The notes below the pieces were generated by a model that saw only the letters and a list, made by a program, of their open reading frames with translations, searched no databases and had not been told where the DNA came from. A stretch of DNA of 64,000 nt from a virus, in the IMG/VR virus record IMGVR_UViG_3300033149_004564, positions 2,382 through 66,381 of that record. One strand, written 5' to 3'. Within the stretch, counting starts at the first letter, position 1; the number at the start of each line of letters is the position of its first letter. Both the position numbers and the translations under genes were made by a program. This document shows positions 18,926-28,267 of the stretch, in pieces.

Positions 18926-19848
18926 TCACCCTCCAAGTTAGTATAAATACCATCAAATATTTTTATAACGTGCGTGCCAATTTTATCAGCAATGCACTTC
19001 TTAACAAGTCTTTCTCTAAATGTTAATTGCTGGCTAATTGATACGTTTTTAATTTCTCTTGCAAGTAAGCCCCATTCCATTGCTGCTTTCTCCAATACCT
19101 TTGATTTTTTTGAAAGATCAAAGATATCTTTAGCTTGTTTGTGTGGAATTTCTATTTGTTTAATTTCCTTAGTTTCACAATTAAAAATATACATTGCCGG
19201 TTTGTGGTCTCTTACAACATCTATTACTGATTTTCTGCATAATATACCAGCATTTATAACAATGGTACTTTTAAATTTACGTATATATTTATAATGATAA
19301 TCTCCAGCTATAATTAAATCAAAACCTTTGTATTTCTTAACTACTCCTTTTGCTGTTAAAAAATCTACTCCTGGTCCAATAGCTTCTGCTGCCACTTGCG
19401 TATGCACTACAAGAATATTTGTTTTACATTTTTTATTAAAGGTGGGAGTTTCATTTGTTTCACCATAACTTAAACCAGAAATAAATGTATTATCATCTAA
19501 AAATCTACCAGTTTTATTTAATATCTGCAAAGTTTTTAATCGTTGTAAAAATACAATAGGAGATGTTCTTTTATTCAAATATCTAAAAGTTAAATCATGC
19601 TGCCCAACAATTACTTTTAATAATATATTATATTTTTTTATCAATCTATAAATATCAATTATAACACCAAGATTTACTACAGGTTTATCAAAAATATCTC
19701 CTGGCATAATTAAAAATTTTATATTCTTTTGTTCACAAGTTAAACAAACAAATTCCAATTTACCCAACAATGCTTCATAATAGTTATCCGTTCTATTCCC
19801 CGGCTGACTATCATCTATGTGTGGATCACCTATAAATGCTATTTCCAT
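18922..19848 (-). CDS. sbcD: SbcD/Mre11-like metallophosphoesterase nuclease
   Basis: GDPH, PGDIFD, GQHD, VVH, GDYH motifs. Confidence 0.88.
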   Translation of the reverse strand: MEIAFIGDPHIDDSQPGNRTDNYYEALLGKLEFVCLTCEQKNIKFLIMPGDIFDKPVVNLGVIIDIYRLIKKYNILLKVIVGQHDLTFRYLNKRTSPIVFLQRLKTLQILNKTGRFLDDNTFISGLSYGETNETPTFNKKCKTNILVVHTQVAAEAIGPGVDFLTAKGVVKKYKGFDLIIAGDYHYKYIRKFKSTIVINAGILCRKSVIDVVRDHKPAMYIFNCETKEIKQIEIPHKQAKDIFDLSKKSKVLEKAAMEWGLLAREIKNVSISQQLTFRERLVKKCIADKIGTHVIKIFDGIYTNLEGE

Positions 19849-19872
19849 TTTATTGCACCAACGATTTAAATT

Positions 19873-20097
19873 TTAGTAGAATTCCTGGGATCCACGGATA
19901 AAACAATCCCTTGCACTGATATTACACGCAGAGGCAACGGTGGCGATCATGTTTACAATATTCTCAATCATCTCGCAATTATAGCCCCACTTCAAAAGCG
20001 CCTTCACGCAAGGCTCAACCTCTCCCATGGAAAAAGGAAGCGCCAAGCACGGCCTCTCTGCAATCTGGAATGAGTTGTTCTTCATAGCGGCACCCAT
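19873..20097 (-). CDS. small GC-richer insert resembling a tape-measure repeat fragment
   Basis: 'LPFSMGEVEPCVKALLKWGY...IATVASA'. Confidence 0.35.
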   Translation of the reverse strand: MGAAMKNNSFQIAERPCLALPFSMGEVEPCVKALLKWGYNCEMIENIVNMIATVASACNISARDCFIRGSQEFY

Positions 20098-20124
20098 AAT
20101 ATTTTGTGTTTCTTCTGAAACAAT

Positions 20125-21246
20125 TTACTTTTTCCTAAGTACTGTATTACATAGTGGACACACATCAAGTTTATCAAATATAACTTTTAATTCACTTTCT
20201 GCTTGTATAATATCCTGCTCTATTATTTTCTCTGCTTTATGGTTAACTAAAAAGGTATTTAAATAATCCCCTAACTTTTTTGTTTCTTCTATTAATTTCA
20301 ACATACCAACAAAAAATAAATCATCAGCTTTTGATAAAACAATAATATCTTTCTCAGCAATAATGCAATTACCATACTCACTAATCTGTTCTTTAAGAAA
20401 ACACGTATCACTATCAAGCGAATCAATATTAGTATAAAGTTCATCAAGATTATTCAATTCTTTATCATCTATTACTTTATTTCCAATTAACTGCTCTCTG
20501 TCTTTTATATCTGCAAATTGTCTCATAAGTATTATAATATTTTCATTTTTATTTCTAATTTTTTTTATTTTGTCTAATATCATTAATTTAAGTCTTAATT
20601 TATTTTGAAATTTTTCTATATTTCTAAATCGTTTTTCATTTAACTTTTTTTTACTCTCAGTTATTTTATCTTCTATACTTTCAATAGTATCATCAACTTT
20701 ACCAATTTTAATTTTAACCTTACTAATAACTTTATCAACTCTACCAATTCCTTTTGTCATGTTAATTAACTGTGCAATCTTACCTGCTGTATCAAGAATA
20801 AAATATGCTGTTTCTCTTTGAGTCTGTAAATTTATTTCTCCAAAGTTACCAAATTTTGCTATTACTTCCTCGGGTACGTTTTTACCTATAACTTTGCGTT
20901 CTTCTTTAGTCCCATCTGGTTCTTTAATTACATATTTATTTGATCCTTTTCTATACATATGCATTATAACTTTAGACTTATCGCTAAACTCAACACCAAT
21001 TACTGCTTTCTTTTCTCCATCTCTTATATAACGAGTACCAGCACCAATTGGTCTATTAAATCTTAATAAAGTTAATACTCGTAAACTTAAAGCAGTTTTA
21101 CCTACATCATTTGTACCAACCAAACCGGTAATACCATCAGAAAGAATAATCTTACTCTTTTTATGGCTTTGAAAATTAATAGCCCAAATGGCTTTAATTC
21201 TATGTTTTATAACATTGTCGCAAGTGCTTGTACTGGAAGTAACCAT
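20125..21246 (-). CDS. sbcC: SbcC/Rad50 ATPase, N-terminal half ending at the Zn hook
   Basis: 'NFQSH', Walker A 'GTNDVGKT', Q-loop, coiled coil, terminal CPLC. Confidence 0.82.
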   Translation of the reverse strand: MVTSSTSTCDNVIKHRIKAIWAINFQSHKKSKIILSDGITGLVGTNDVGKTALSLRVLTLLRFNRPIGAGTRYIRDGEKKAVIGVEFSDKSKVIMHMYRKGSNKYVIKEPDGTKEERKVIGKNVPEEVIAKFGNFGEINLQTQRETAYFILDTAGKIAQLINMTKGIGRVDKVISKVKIKIGKVDDTIESIEDKITESKKKLNEKRFRNIEKFQNKLRLKLMILDKIKKIRNKNENIIILMRQFADIKDREQLIGNKVIDDKELNNLDELYTNIDSLDSDTCFLKEQISEYGNCIIAEKDIIVLSKADDLFFVGMLKLIEETKKLGDYLNTFLVNHKAEKIIEQDIIQAESELKVIFDKLDVCPLCNTVLRKK

Positions 21247-21477
21247 CGTTTTTCCTGATTCTCCCTGATAGATTTATGGGTAGGTAAAAATGAATAATGA
21301 TCAAGATATAAATACAAATCTGGATAAAAATAAGGTAAATCTTTACTATTTTGAAATTCGATGTAAAAATCCTGTACTGTAAAATCTATATATTTAGAAG
21401 TAAAAAAATCTATTTTAATTTGCTCAACCCAAAATCTATAAATATCTCGTAAGATCGGATCAAAATATTTATGTCCT

Positions 21478-22212
21478 CTACTCATCAAATTCTCCTATAA
21501 AATTATACCCAAGATAATTCACTTTTCTTTTTGGTGTAGTGTTAAGTAAAAGTTTTCTTCTCTTATCTGTTAAATCATTTTTTAGATTCATATCACCAGT
21601 ACGCAATAAAATTTCTGTTCTAAGCATATGAGCAAGCCAATAAGCATCTGCAAGATCAGAAGCAGGACACTCTACACGATCTTTACCACTTTTTGTTTCT
21701 ATTACAGATAATAAACGATCATTAGCAAGCGCATCAAAATTACCATCAACAATTGCATTTTGTATCATAGCTACTTTATGATTCACATTACCAACACCAG
21801 CCCATGACTGAATAGTTTTTGGGGAATAAGTACGCATTAAAATTTTTCTATTATATAATATACTTTTAACACCCTCAACTAAACCACCAATTTGATACAT
21901 TGATCTACTTGTACTTGCAAAAGAAAAACCCTCGATAGCTGCATGGGTAATTATCATATTTCTTTTCTTCATATCTTTTACAACACCTAAAATCCACTGT
22001 CTTACTAATCTACTTCTAACAACCTCTCTTGTTTCTGTATTATTTGTATTCAATTTTAATCTTTTATTAAAACAAACACAAACTTGTTTGCTTAATACAA
22101 ATTTCTGTTTATCTGTTATATAAGCATAAAAACAAACTTCACCAGTTTTTATATTGAGTGCAGTAAATCCAGTATGATTTAAACTTATATCAAGTCCAAT
22201 TACAACATTCAT
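21478..22212 (-). CDS. ruvC: RuvC-like Holliday junction resolvase
   Basis: 'IGLDISLNHTG', 'AAIEG', 'DLADAY'. Confidence 0.8.
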   Translation of the reverse strand: MNVVIGLDISLNHTGFTALNIKTGEVCFYAYITDKQKFVLSKQVCVCFNKRLKLNTNNTETREVVRSRLVRQWILGVVKDMKKRNMIITHAAIEGFSFASTSRSMYQIGGLVEGVKSILYNRKILMRTYSPKTIQSWAGVGNVNHKVAMIQNAIVDGNFDALANDRLLSVIETKSGKDRVECPASDLADAYWLAHMLRTEILLRTGDMNLKNDLTDKRRKLLLNTTPKRKVNYLGYNFIGEFDE

Positions 22213-22230
22213 TTTACTTGCCCCAATTTA

Positions 22231-23433
22231 TCAAGTTGCTTTAATATTATGTAGTGGAATAAGTCGATCAATGATTTCTGCCGTTGGGCTTATAGTTGAT
22301 TCAATTAACGCCGTATCCTTATAAGCCATAGGAGCTTCATCAAGCGTGCTCTCGACCACCGACTGGCTGTAGATGCCCTCCATCGATGCGGTAAAATCCT
22401 CCATCGGTATCTTTGCCTTCGCCGCAGTGCGAGACAGCACCCTTCCAGCCCCATGTGGTGCACTATAGTTCCAGTCTGGATTACCTTTGCCCTCAACAAT
22501 AAATGTCCCATCACGCATATTCAGAGGAACGATTGCAAGCTGGCCTTTGTTGCATTGAATAGCACCTTTACGAATAATATTGTCATCAAAGTTAATATAG
22601 TTATGCACAGATTCAATTTCATCAGACGGCACACATCCTGGAAGCAGTTCAATAATCAATCTCGCTATCGTATGACGATTAAGTTCTGCATATTCTTGGG
22701 CGGCTTTCATATCACGTAAATAACCAACTAACTCAGCACCCTCTAAGTATTCCAACCCTCTATCCATTTGAGTACAATTGGCTTTTAACGCATTGACCCT
22801 CTGCCCTATTTCTTCATTGGTTGAGGTTGTTTCTTTAAGTGCTTTAACCTTCTCTGCAAAATCCTTTTTTTGTGATACCCTATTCTTAGCTTGCTTCTGC
22901 CAGTAATCACAAATACACTTGCCAAAATTTCTTGATCCAGTATGAACAATAAGCCATATATCTCCATTTCTAAATGATCTTGAAAACTCAATAAAATGAT
23001 TACCACCACCAAGAGTTCCTATACTTTTAAATGCTCTTTTTTCAGCTGCTCCTACTCTATAACATATCTCAAACCATGTTGGTTTACCGTCTATTGCCAT
23101 AGAGCGAACAGCAAACCCCATTGGTACTACTTTTCTAATATCATCATCAAAGTCTTTTGTGCCAATACGCTCCAGCAATTCTGAATTATTCCCTAAGTTC
23201 ACAGCTAATACTCCACAGCCAATATCTACCCCCACAATATTAGGGGCCAGCTTATTGCCGAGCTTCATAGTAAAACCAATAACAGAACCGTATCCTGCAT
23301 GGCAGTCCGGCATAATAGCAATAGGATTAGTAAATTGCTCATTATTAACCATTTGACTAATTTGCTCTAAACAAGATTGTTCAACATTATCAACATAGAT
23401 AAGTGCTGAAGTATATTTACCATTTATCATCAT
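22231..23433 (-). CDS. rtcB: RNA ligase RtcB
   Basis: 'MPDCHAG', 'VGVDIGCG', 'GTLGGGNHFIE', 'HTGSR', 'HNY', 'SAPHGAGR', 'DEAPMAYK'. Confidence 0.96.
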   Translation of the reverse strand: MMINGKYTSALIYVDNVEQSCLEQISQMVNNEQFTNPIAIMPDCHAGYGSVIGFTMKLGNKLAPNIVGVDIGCGVLAVNLGNNSELLERIGTKDFDDDIRKVVPMGFAVRSMAIDGKPTWFEICYRVGAAEKRAFKSIGTLGGGNHFIEFSRSFRNGDIWLIVHTGSRNFGKCICDYWQKQAKNRVSQKKDFAEKVKALKETTSTNEEIGQRVNALKANCTQMDRGLEYLEGAELVGYLRDMKAAQEYAELNRHTIARLIIELLPGCVPSDEIESVHNYINFDDNIIRKGAIQCNKGQLAIVPLNMRDGTFIVEGKGNPDWNYSAPHGAGRVLSRTAAKAKIPMEDFTASMEGIYSQSVVESTLDEAPMAYKDTALIESTISPTAEIIDRLIPLHNIKAT

Positions 23434-23434
23434 C

Positions 23435-24667
23435 TTAGAATCTCACTTTCTCCTTTATTCTCTCTTCAACCTTATAGATTTCTTGCCAAGTTTTATAAAC
23501 AAGTTTTCTCAATCGTAATTCAAGATTCTTTCTGCTAATAAACTCAACCATATCAGAAAGCTTTTGCTTTTTTACACCACAAAATTCATACCAGCCACGA
23601 CCACAAATTGCTTTAATTTTCTTTTTTAATTCAAGTTCAACTTGTCGCTTTACCTTTTTCGGTGTGTTATAATCAGGATGCTCTGTAATTTCATCTTCTA
23701 ATTCTTGTCTCATTTTTTCAAGCTGCTCTTTCTCTATAGGCTTGTTTTCTTTTAACCACTGTAATGAAGTACCAATATCATCAATACCATCTGCAAACAT
23801 GAAACGAAATTTTCCATCACGAAATGGTGGAGAAACTTTATTTTTCTTAATTAAAAAACCAACCTCAATACCAATAACAACACCACGTTCATTCTTGATT
23901 TTTTCACCGGTTAAATCAAGTAAAATTTGTACATCAGAATAAAACTTTATTGCACGACCACCAGAATAAACTTTTCCAGCACCCATTTTAAAACTATCAC
24001 GCAATTGATCAATTACTATAATAGCAAGCCCAGCTTTCGTTATATCTCTAAGCAATTTGCGGTAGGCTTTACCAAATTGTTTTGCTCTATCTCCACCATA
24101 AGTTGCTTCACCAAGATCCATTGTTAAATCTACAGCAGCACTTAAAGCAGTTAAAGAATCAATTGAGACTGCACATTTGCTTTCAAGTTTTTCGTCTTTC
24201 ATCATTTTTAGAATTCTTGGAATTATCTTACCAAAGGTTTCTTCGATAGTTCGTGGATTATAAATTTCAAAATCGGTTCTTAACTTCTGCTTTCCATTCT
24301 TATCTGTATCAAGTATTTTAACTCCGTTTGTTTCAGCCCAATCAAAATCAAGTGAGCATTCAACATCAACTAAAAATGCTTTACCACCCTTTCTCTGAGC
24401 AGCACCAAGCGGTTCTAATGCTAAAACTGACTTAGTAGTACTTGGATCCCCAAAAATGTGTGTGATACGGCCGCCGGGGAACCCACCGGGGAGTTTATTA
24501 GCTACAGCTAAATCAAGTATTGTACAACCAGAACTAAACCAACTTTTTACTGGTGGTGTTTTTAATCGAGTAATACTATTACTCTGTACCAAAGACTCCG
24601 CTTTCTTCTTTGTCATCTTCTCTATCCTCATTCTTTTTATTGCGTTGGATGGCTTTCTTAGCAGCAA
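23435..24667 (-). CDS. recA: RecA/UvsX recombinase (true start probably the internal MTKKK)
   Basis: 'GGFPGGRITHIFGDPSTTKS', 'IDSLTAL', 'SGGRAIKFYSDV', 'KNKVSPPFR'. Confidence 0.92.
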   Translation of the reverse strand: MLLRKPSNAIKRMRIEKMTKKKAESLVQSNSITRLKTPPVKSWFSSGCTILDLAVANKLPGGFPGGRITHIFGDPSTTKSVLALEPLGAAQRKGGKAFLVDVECSLDFDWAETNGVKILDTDKNGKQKLRTDFEIYNPRTIEETFGKIIPRILKMMKDEKLESKCAVSIDSLTALSAAVDLTMDLGEATYGGDRAKQFGKAYRKLLRDITKAGLAIIVIDQLRDSFKMGAGKVYSGGRAIKFYSDVQILLDLTGEKIKNERGVVIGIEVGFLIKKNKVSPPFRDGKFRFMFADGIDDIGTSLQWLKENKPIEKEQLEKMRQELEDEITEHPDYNTPKKVKRQVELELKKKIKAICGRGWYEFCGVKKQKLSDMVEFISRKNLELRLRKLVYKTWQEIYKVEERIKEKVRF

Positions 24668-25229
24668 CTACTTGTTCACGCTTATTATCCATAGTTTTCT
24701 CTTTAATTGCACGAGAAAGATATACTGGTTGATCAACCTGGAAATATTCACCATTATATAAACGCTCTTCAATTCTAAGAGATGAACGGCGGTGCTCAAG
24801 TGTAAGCATTGCATTTTTAACCTTTTCTACTACACGAGAAATCAAATTTGAAAATGTTTGTGACTTAAAATACTCAGCAGATTGAACATAAACTTCATCA
24901 ATAGCTTTTTCTGTCACTTTCCCAAGTCCAAATCTTTCTGGATTACTTCTAATCAAAAAACGAAGTGTACCATCAATTGTCTCTTGCAATAGCCCCGCTT
25001 CTTTCTCAATATAGTGTATATCTGCAAACAAATTTCCAATATCTGATACTAATTCTGGCTGCTCTGCACACTGCTTTTCAAGCTGTAGTGTGTTTATTTT
25101 ACTTGAAGATTCTTGTAGTGTTTTTATCTGAGAGAGAGAATCTTCTGCCTGAGAAACCAGCTTTTTAAGGTCGATAAGAAGGGGCCTTATCTCAGGTAAG
25201 AACCCCTTCTTATCTTGCTTACTACTCAT
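24579..25229 (-). CDS. UvsY-like recombination mediator (tentative)
   Basis: helical protein with 'KVTEKAID' between SSB and RecA. Confidence 0.45.
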   Translation of the reverse strand: MSSKQDKKGFLPEIRPLLIDLKKLVSQAEDSLSQIKTLQESSSKINTLQLEKQCAEQPELVSDIGNLFADIHYIEKEAGLLQETIDGTLRFLIRSNPERFGLGKVTEKAIDEVYVQSAEYFKSQTFSNLISRVVEKVKNAMLTLEHRRSSLRIEERLYNGEYFQVDQPVYLSRAIKEKTMDNKREQVVAAKKAIQRNKKNEDREDDKEESGVFGTE

Positions 25230-26412
25230 TATTTCTCCTTTTCTTAGATTTATTAGCAGCTTGCTTTTTTTCTGCTGCTTTTTTCTGCAATCTTTGTTTA
25301 GCTGTTAACTGCTTTTCGTCCTCTTCATCATCTTCATCCTCGTTTTCCTCTTCATCCTCATTTTCACTAAAAGGGAGATCATCATCTTCATCCTCCTCTT
25401 CATCTTCATCTAATTCAAGTTCCTCCTCATCAAAATCTTCATCTTCAACCGCCTTCTTTTTCTTTTTATCAGTTGAAGATTTCTTACTCTTTTTCTTTGT
25501 TGCTACTTCTTCACCATCAAATTCAAAATCATCATCCTCATCGTCCTCAGATTCTTCAACTGCTTTCTTTTCGCTCTTTTTCTTACTACCCTTCTTACTA
25601 ACCTCTAATTCATCATCATCTTCATCATCAAAATCATCTTCACTATCATCAAAATCATCTTCATCATCTTCCATTCCTTCATTATCTTCATTTTCAACTT
25701 CTGGTTCTTCAACTTCATCAACAAGGTTTGAAAGAAACTCATCATTTGAATTAACAAGCAACTCATCAAGCATTGGCAAATTCTTTAGATACTTACTCGG
25801 TAAAGCATTTTTCATTTGTCGAACTTTTAAACCCTTATAATCAGGATAACCACCAGAACCCTTAACAATATATCTAAATGTAATCAAACATGGATGCTCA
25901 GGATCAGCGATATAAACAATTTCTCCATCCTGATCATCGCTTTGTTCAAAAATTAGTTCTTCAACAGTCTTAGCAGCAGGATAAACCTGCACACCAAAAG
26001 ATTTTGTTTCTGCATCTGTCATATCAAGAATAAAAAACATAGAACGAAAAGTATAAGAGGAAAGCTGACGTAGGGTTTCTTCATCGGCACCCTGCTTTTT
26101 AAGCTTTGTTCTTAATTGACAAATTGGACAAGTACGTCCTTTCTCATGATATGTTGGACACAGCACATCTATATAACTTGCACCCATACCACGATGAAGA
26201 TGAATCTTTTTTGACCAATGATCGTCACTATCAACATGATCAATAATGATAAACTTATTCAACTCTTTTGGAGTATAAACCATCATCCCATGTTTTTCAA
26301 GCATCTCGTGATTCAAATACTTATATCGTGTAAGCTCAGAATCAAAATCACGACCCGTTTCTACTTCCTTTTGACGGCGCCTCATAGCTTCGATTTTCGC
26401 TCTTGAAACCAT
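25222..26412 (-). CDS. ssDNA-binding protein (gp32-like) with long acidic tail
   Basis: H..C....CPIC Zn site; D/E-rich C-terminal half. Confidence 0.7.
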   Translation of the reverse strand: MVSRAKIEAMRRRQKEVETGRDFDSELTRYKYLNHEMLEKHGMMVYTPKELNKFIIIDHVDSDDHWSKKIHLHRGMGASYIDVLCPTYHEKGRTCPICQLRTKLKKQGADEETLRQLSSYTFRSMFFILDMTDAETKSFGVQVYPAAKTVEELIFEQSDDQDGEIVYIADPEHPCLITFRYIVKGSGGYPDYKGLKVRQMKNALPSKYLKNLPMLDELLVNSNDEFLSNLVDEVEEPEVENEDNEGMEDDEDDFDDSEDDFDDEDDDELEVSKKGSKKKSEKKAVEESEDDEDDDFEFDGEEVATKKKSKKSSTDKKKKKAVEDEDFDEEELELDEDEEEDEDDDLPFSENEDEEENEDEDDEEDEKQLTAKQRLQKKAAEKKQAANKSKKRRNNE

Positions 26413-26603
26413 ACGTCAATCTCCTGATGAATGAATTTCTTGAAATAAGAAAAGCAGTAGTTATTGCTCGTGTAATAATAGATGCAAAATAAAATAACAC
26501 CAACCCAATAAGCATTAATACACATTCAATATATAAAAATTGATACCCCCAAGTTAAACTAAAAAATATATCTAACATTTTTATTCCTTAATTAATTATT
26601 TAC

Positions 26604-26677
26604 TGGGAGTTGGCTCAAGGGTTGCTCCTTTCGAGAGTTCTTGATTTGTGTTAACTATAACTAAATACCAACTCCCA
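26604..26677 (-). ncRNA. stem-closed structured RNA or leader candidate
   Basis: 10-bp TGGGAGTTGG/CCAACTCCCA stem downstream of the promoter motif. Confidence 0.45.
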
Positions 26678-26722
26678 AATATGCACCAATTTTAAATTTA
26701 AGAAAAGACATTTATTTTTGTC

Positions 26723-26740
26723 CTCTACTATATTATACAA
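26723..26740 (-). promoter_or_regulatory. conserved phage promoter motif copy
   Basis: TTGTATAATATAGTAGAG. Confidence 0.75.
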
Positions 26741-26802
26741 AACCCAGCTCTAAAATATGTAAAAAAGTTATTATTACTTAAAGCATGAATAAAACTTCTT
26801 CA

Positions 26803-27792
26803 CTATTCAACAACCGCTTCTATACATTGTGCAGAAAAACCAGCAAACCCAGTATTAAAAGTAGATTCAGAGAATATAGCTGATAGTAACAAACAATATT
26901 GGATTTTTTTAATATCAGATTTTGGATTAAGCAAAACAGCATTAATATATCCAAGCACTCCACGCCGTGCAGCTTCGGCATTTATATTTTCAGAGCGAAG
27001 TTTAAATAATATATTTTGAACCCTTCTTAATCTTGCCTGTTTATTTATAGAACTAAATAACAATTTTGATATTTCAAACACCTCTGGAGAATCGTCTATA
27101 AACACTATTGAATCTATTATTTCAAGGCAACTTGTTGTTTTCTTATCCTCTAAAAGTTTTGTGTTTGCTATTACAAAACTTATTTGATCTAACATTTTTA
27201 ATATGTTTCTTGGTATTCCTGCACCCTTTTCTATCAAAGCATCAAATACATCATCAGATATTAAATCAATGTCTATCTCTGCCTTTTCACAAATAGATAA
27301 AAGATAGCTTTCTGACTCTTTTGAACTAAGTGGTTTTATCTGATAAATTGAACACCTATTTCTGAGGGTTGGTAAAAAACTCGCTGGGTCTGTTGTACAA
27401 AAAATAAAATATACTCCTGCTGGTGGTTCTTCAGTATCTTTTAATAAACACTCTTGAGCATTTTTTGTTAGCATATGACATTCATCATAGATAAGTGTCT
27501 TACTTCTACCCCCACCGACCATTTTAAGACGTAGTGAGCGTATATCAGCACGAACAGTATCAATACCATTGGTATTTGCTGCATTGCGCTCTATGATGCT
27601 TATATCAGTACAGCCAACCTTATGGGCAAATATTCTTGCAAGGGTTGTTTTTCCGGTTCCACTTTGGCCGGTAAATAAAATACTTCTCGGCGGTCGTTTC
27701 GCTTTTAGCTTTTTAACTAAATCATATACTACAATTTTATTTCCATAAAAATCTTTAAATGTTTTTGGTCTTAAATCAGTTATTAATGACAT
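26803..27792 (-). CDS. dnaX: clamp loader AAA+ ATPase (DnaX gamma/tau-like)
   Basis: 'LRPKTFKDFYG', 'GQSGTGKTT', 'DECHMLT..AQ..LLK..EEPP', 'NRC'. Confidence 0.92.
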   Translation of the reverse strand: MSLITDLRPKTFKDFYGNKIVVYDLVKKLKAKRPPRSILFTGQSGTGKTTLARIFAHKVGCTDISIIERNAANTNGIDTVRADIRSLRLKMVGGGRSKTLIYDECHMLTKNAQECLLKDTEEPPAGVYFIFCTTDPASFLPTLRNRCSIYQIKPLSSKESESYLLSICEKAEIDIDLISDDVFDALIEKGAGIPRNILKMLDQISFVIANTKLLEDKKTTSCLEIIDSIVFIDDSPEVFEISKLLFSSINKQARLRRVQNILFKLRSENINAEAARRGVLGYINAVLLNPKSDIKKIQYCLLLSAIFSESTFNTGFAGFSAQCIEAVVE

Positions 27793-27817
27793 TTTTAAAT
27801 TTTCTCCACTATTTTAT

Positions 27818-28267
27818 CTATTTAGGTACAGCATAAATACAAAAAGAACTAAGAGCCATACCATCTGTTATTAAAATCATATCTGAATTACCAAGAAACA
27901 AACGAAGCAAACCGCTTACTGGTAAACAATCAATATTCCAATCTATGGGTCTAATCTTATTTGGCACACCCAATCCATCTTCACTCCACTTATACCCAAA
28001 ACCCCCAATGCCATTTATATGCAATACATCACTACATCCAGATAATCTACATATAGCAGTATCTTTCTTACAAGCAACAAAATCAATACACCTATACCCA
28101 CTATCATGTCTATGCCGTTGTGGTAATATTACAATAGAATCAAAATTTATGTTTGCCCTATCCAAACTATCAATATATGATACAGCATCAAAATCTTTTC
28201 GTGTCATTTTAGTTATGCTTTTCATCATTCCCCCTATATTTTTTAAATTTTCTCCATCGATAGCCAA
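27818..28267 (-). CDS. hypothetical phage protein
   Basis: 'HDSGYRC...SGCSDVLH'. Confidence 0.55.
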   Translation of the reverse strand: MAIDGENLKNIGGMMKSITKMTRKDFDAVSYIDSLDRANINFDSIVILPQRHRHDSGYRCIDFVACKKDTAICRLSGCSDVLHINGIGGFGYKWSEDGLGVPNKIRPIDWNIDCLPVSGLLRLFLGNSDMILITDGMALSSFCIYAVPK

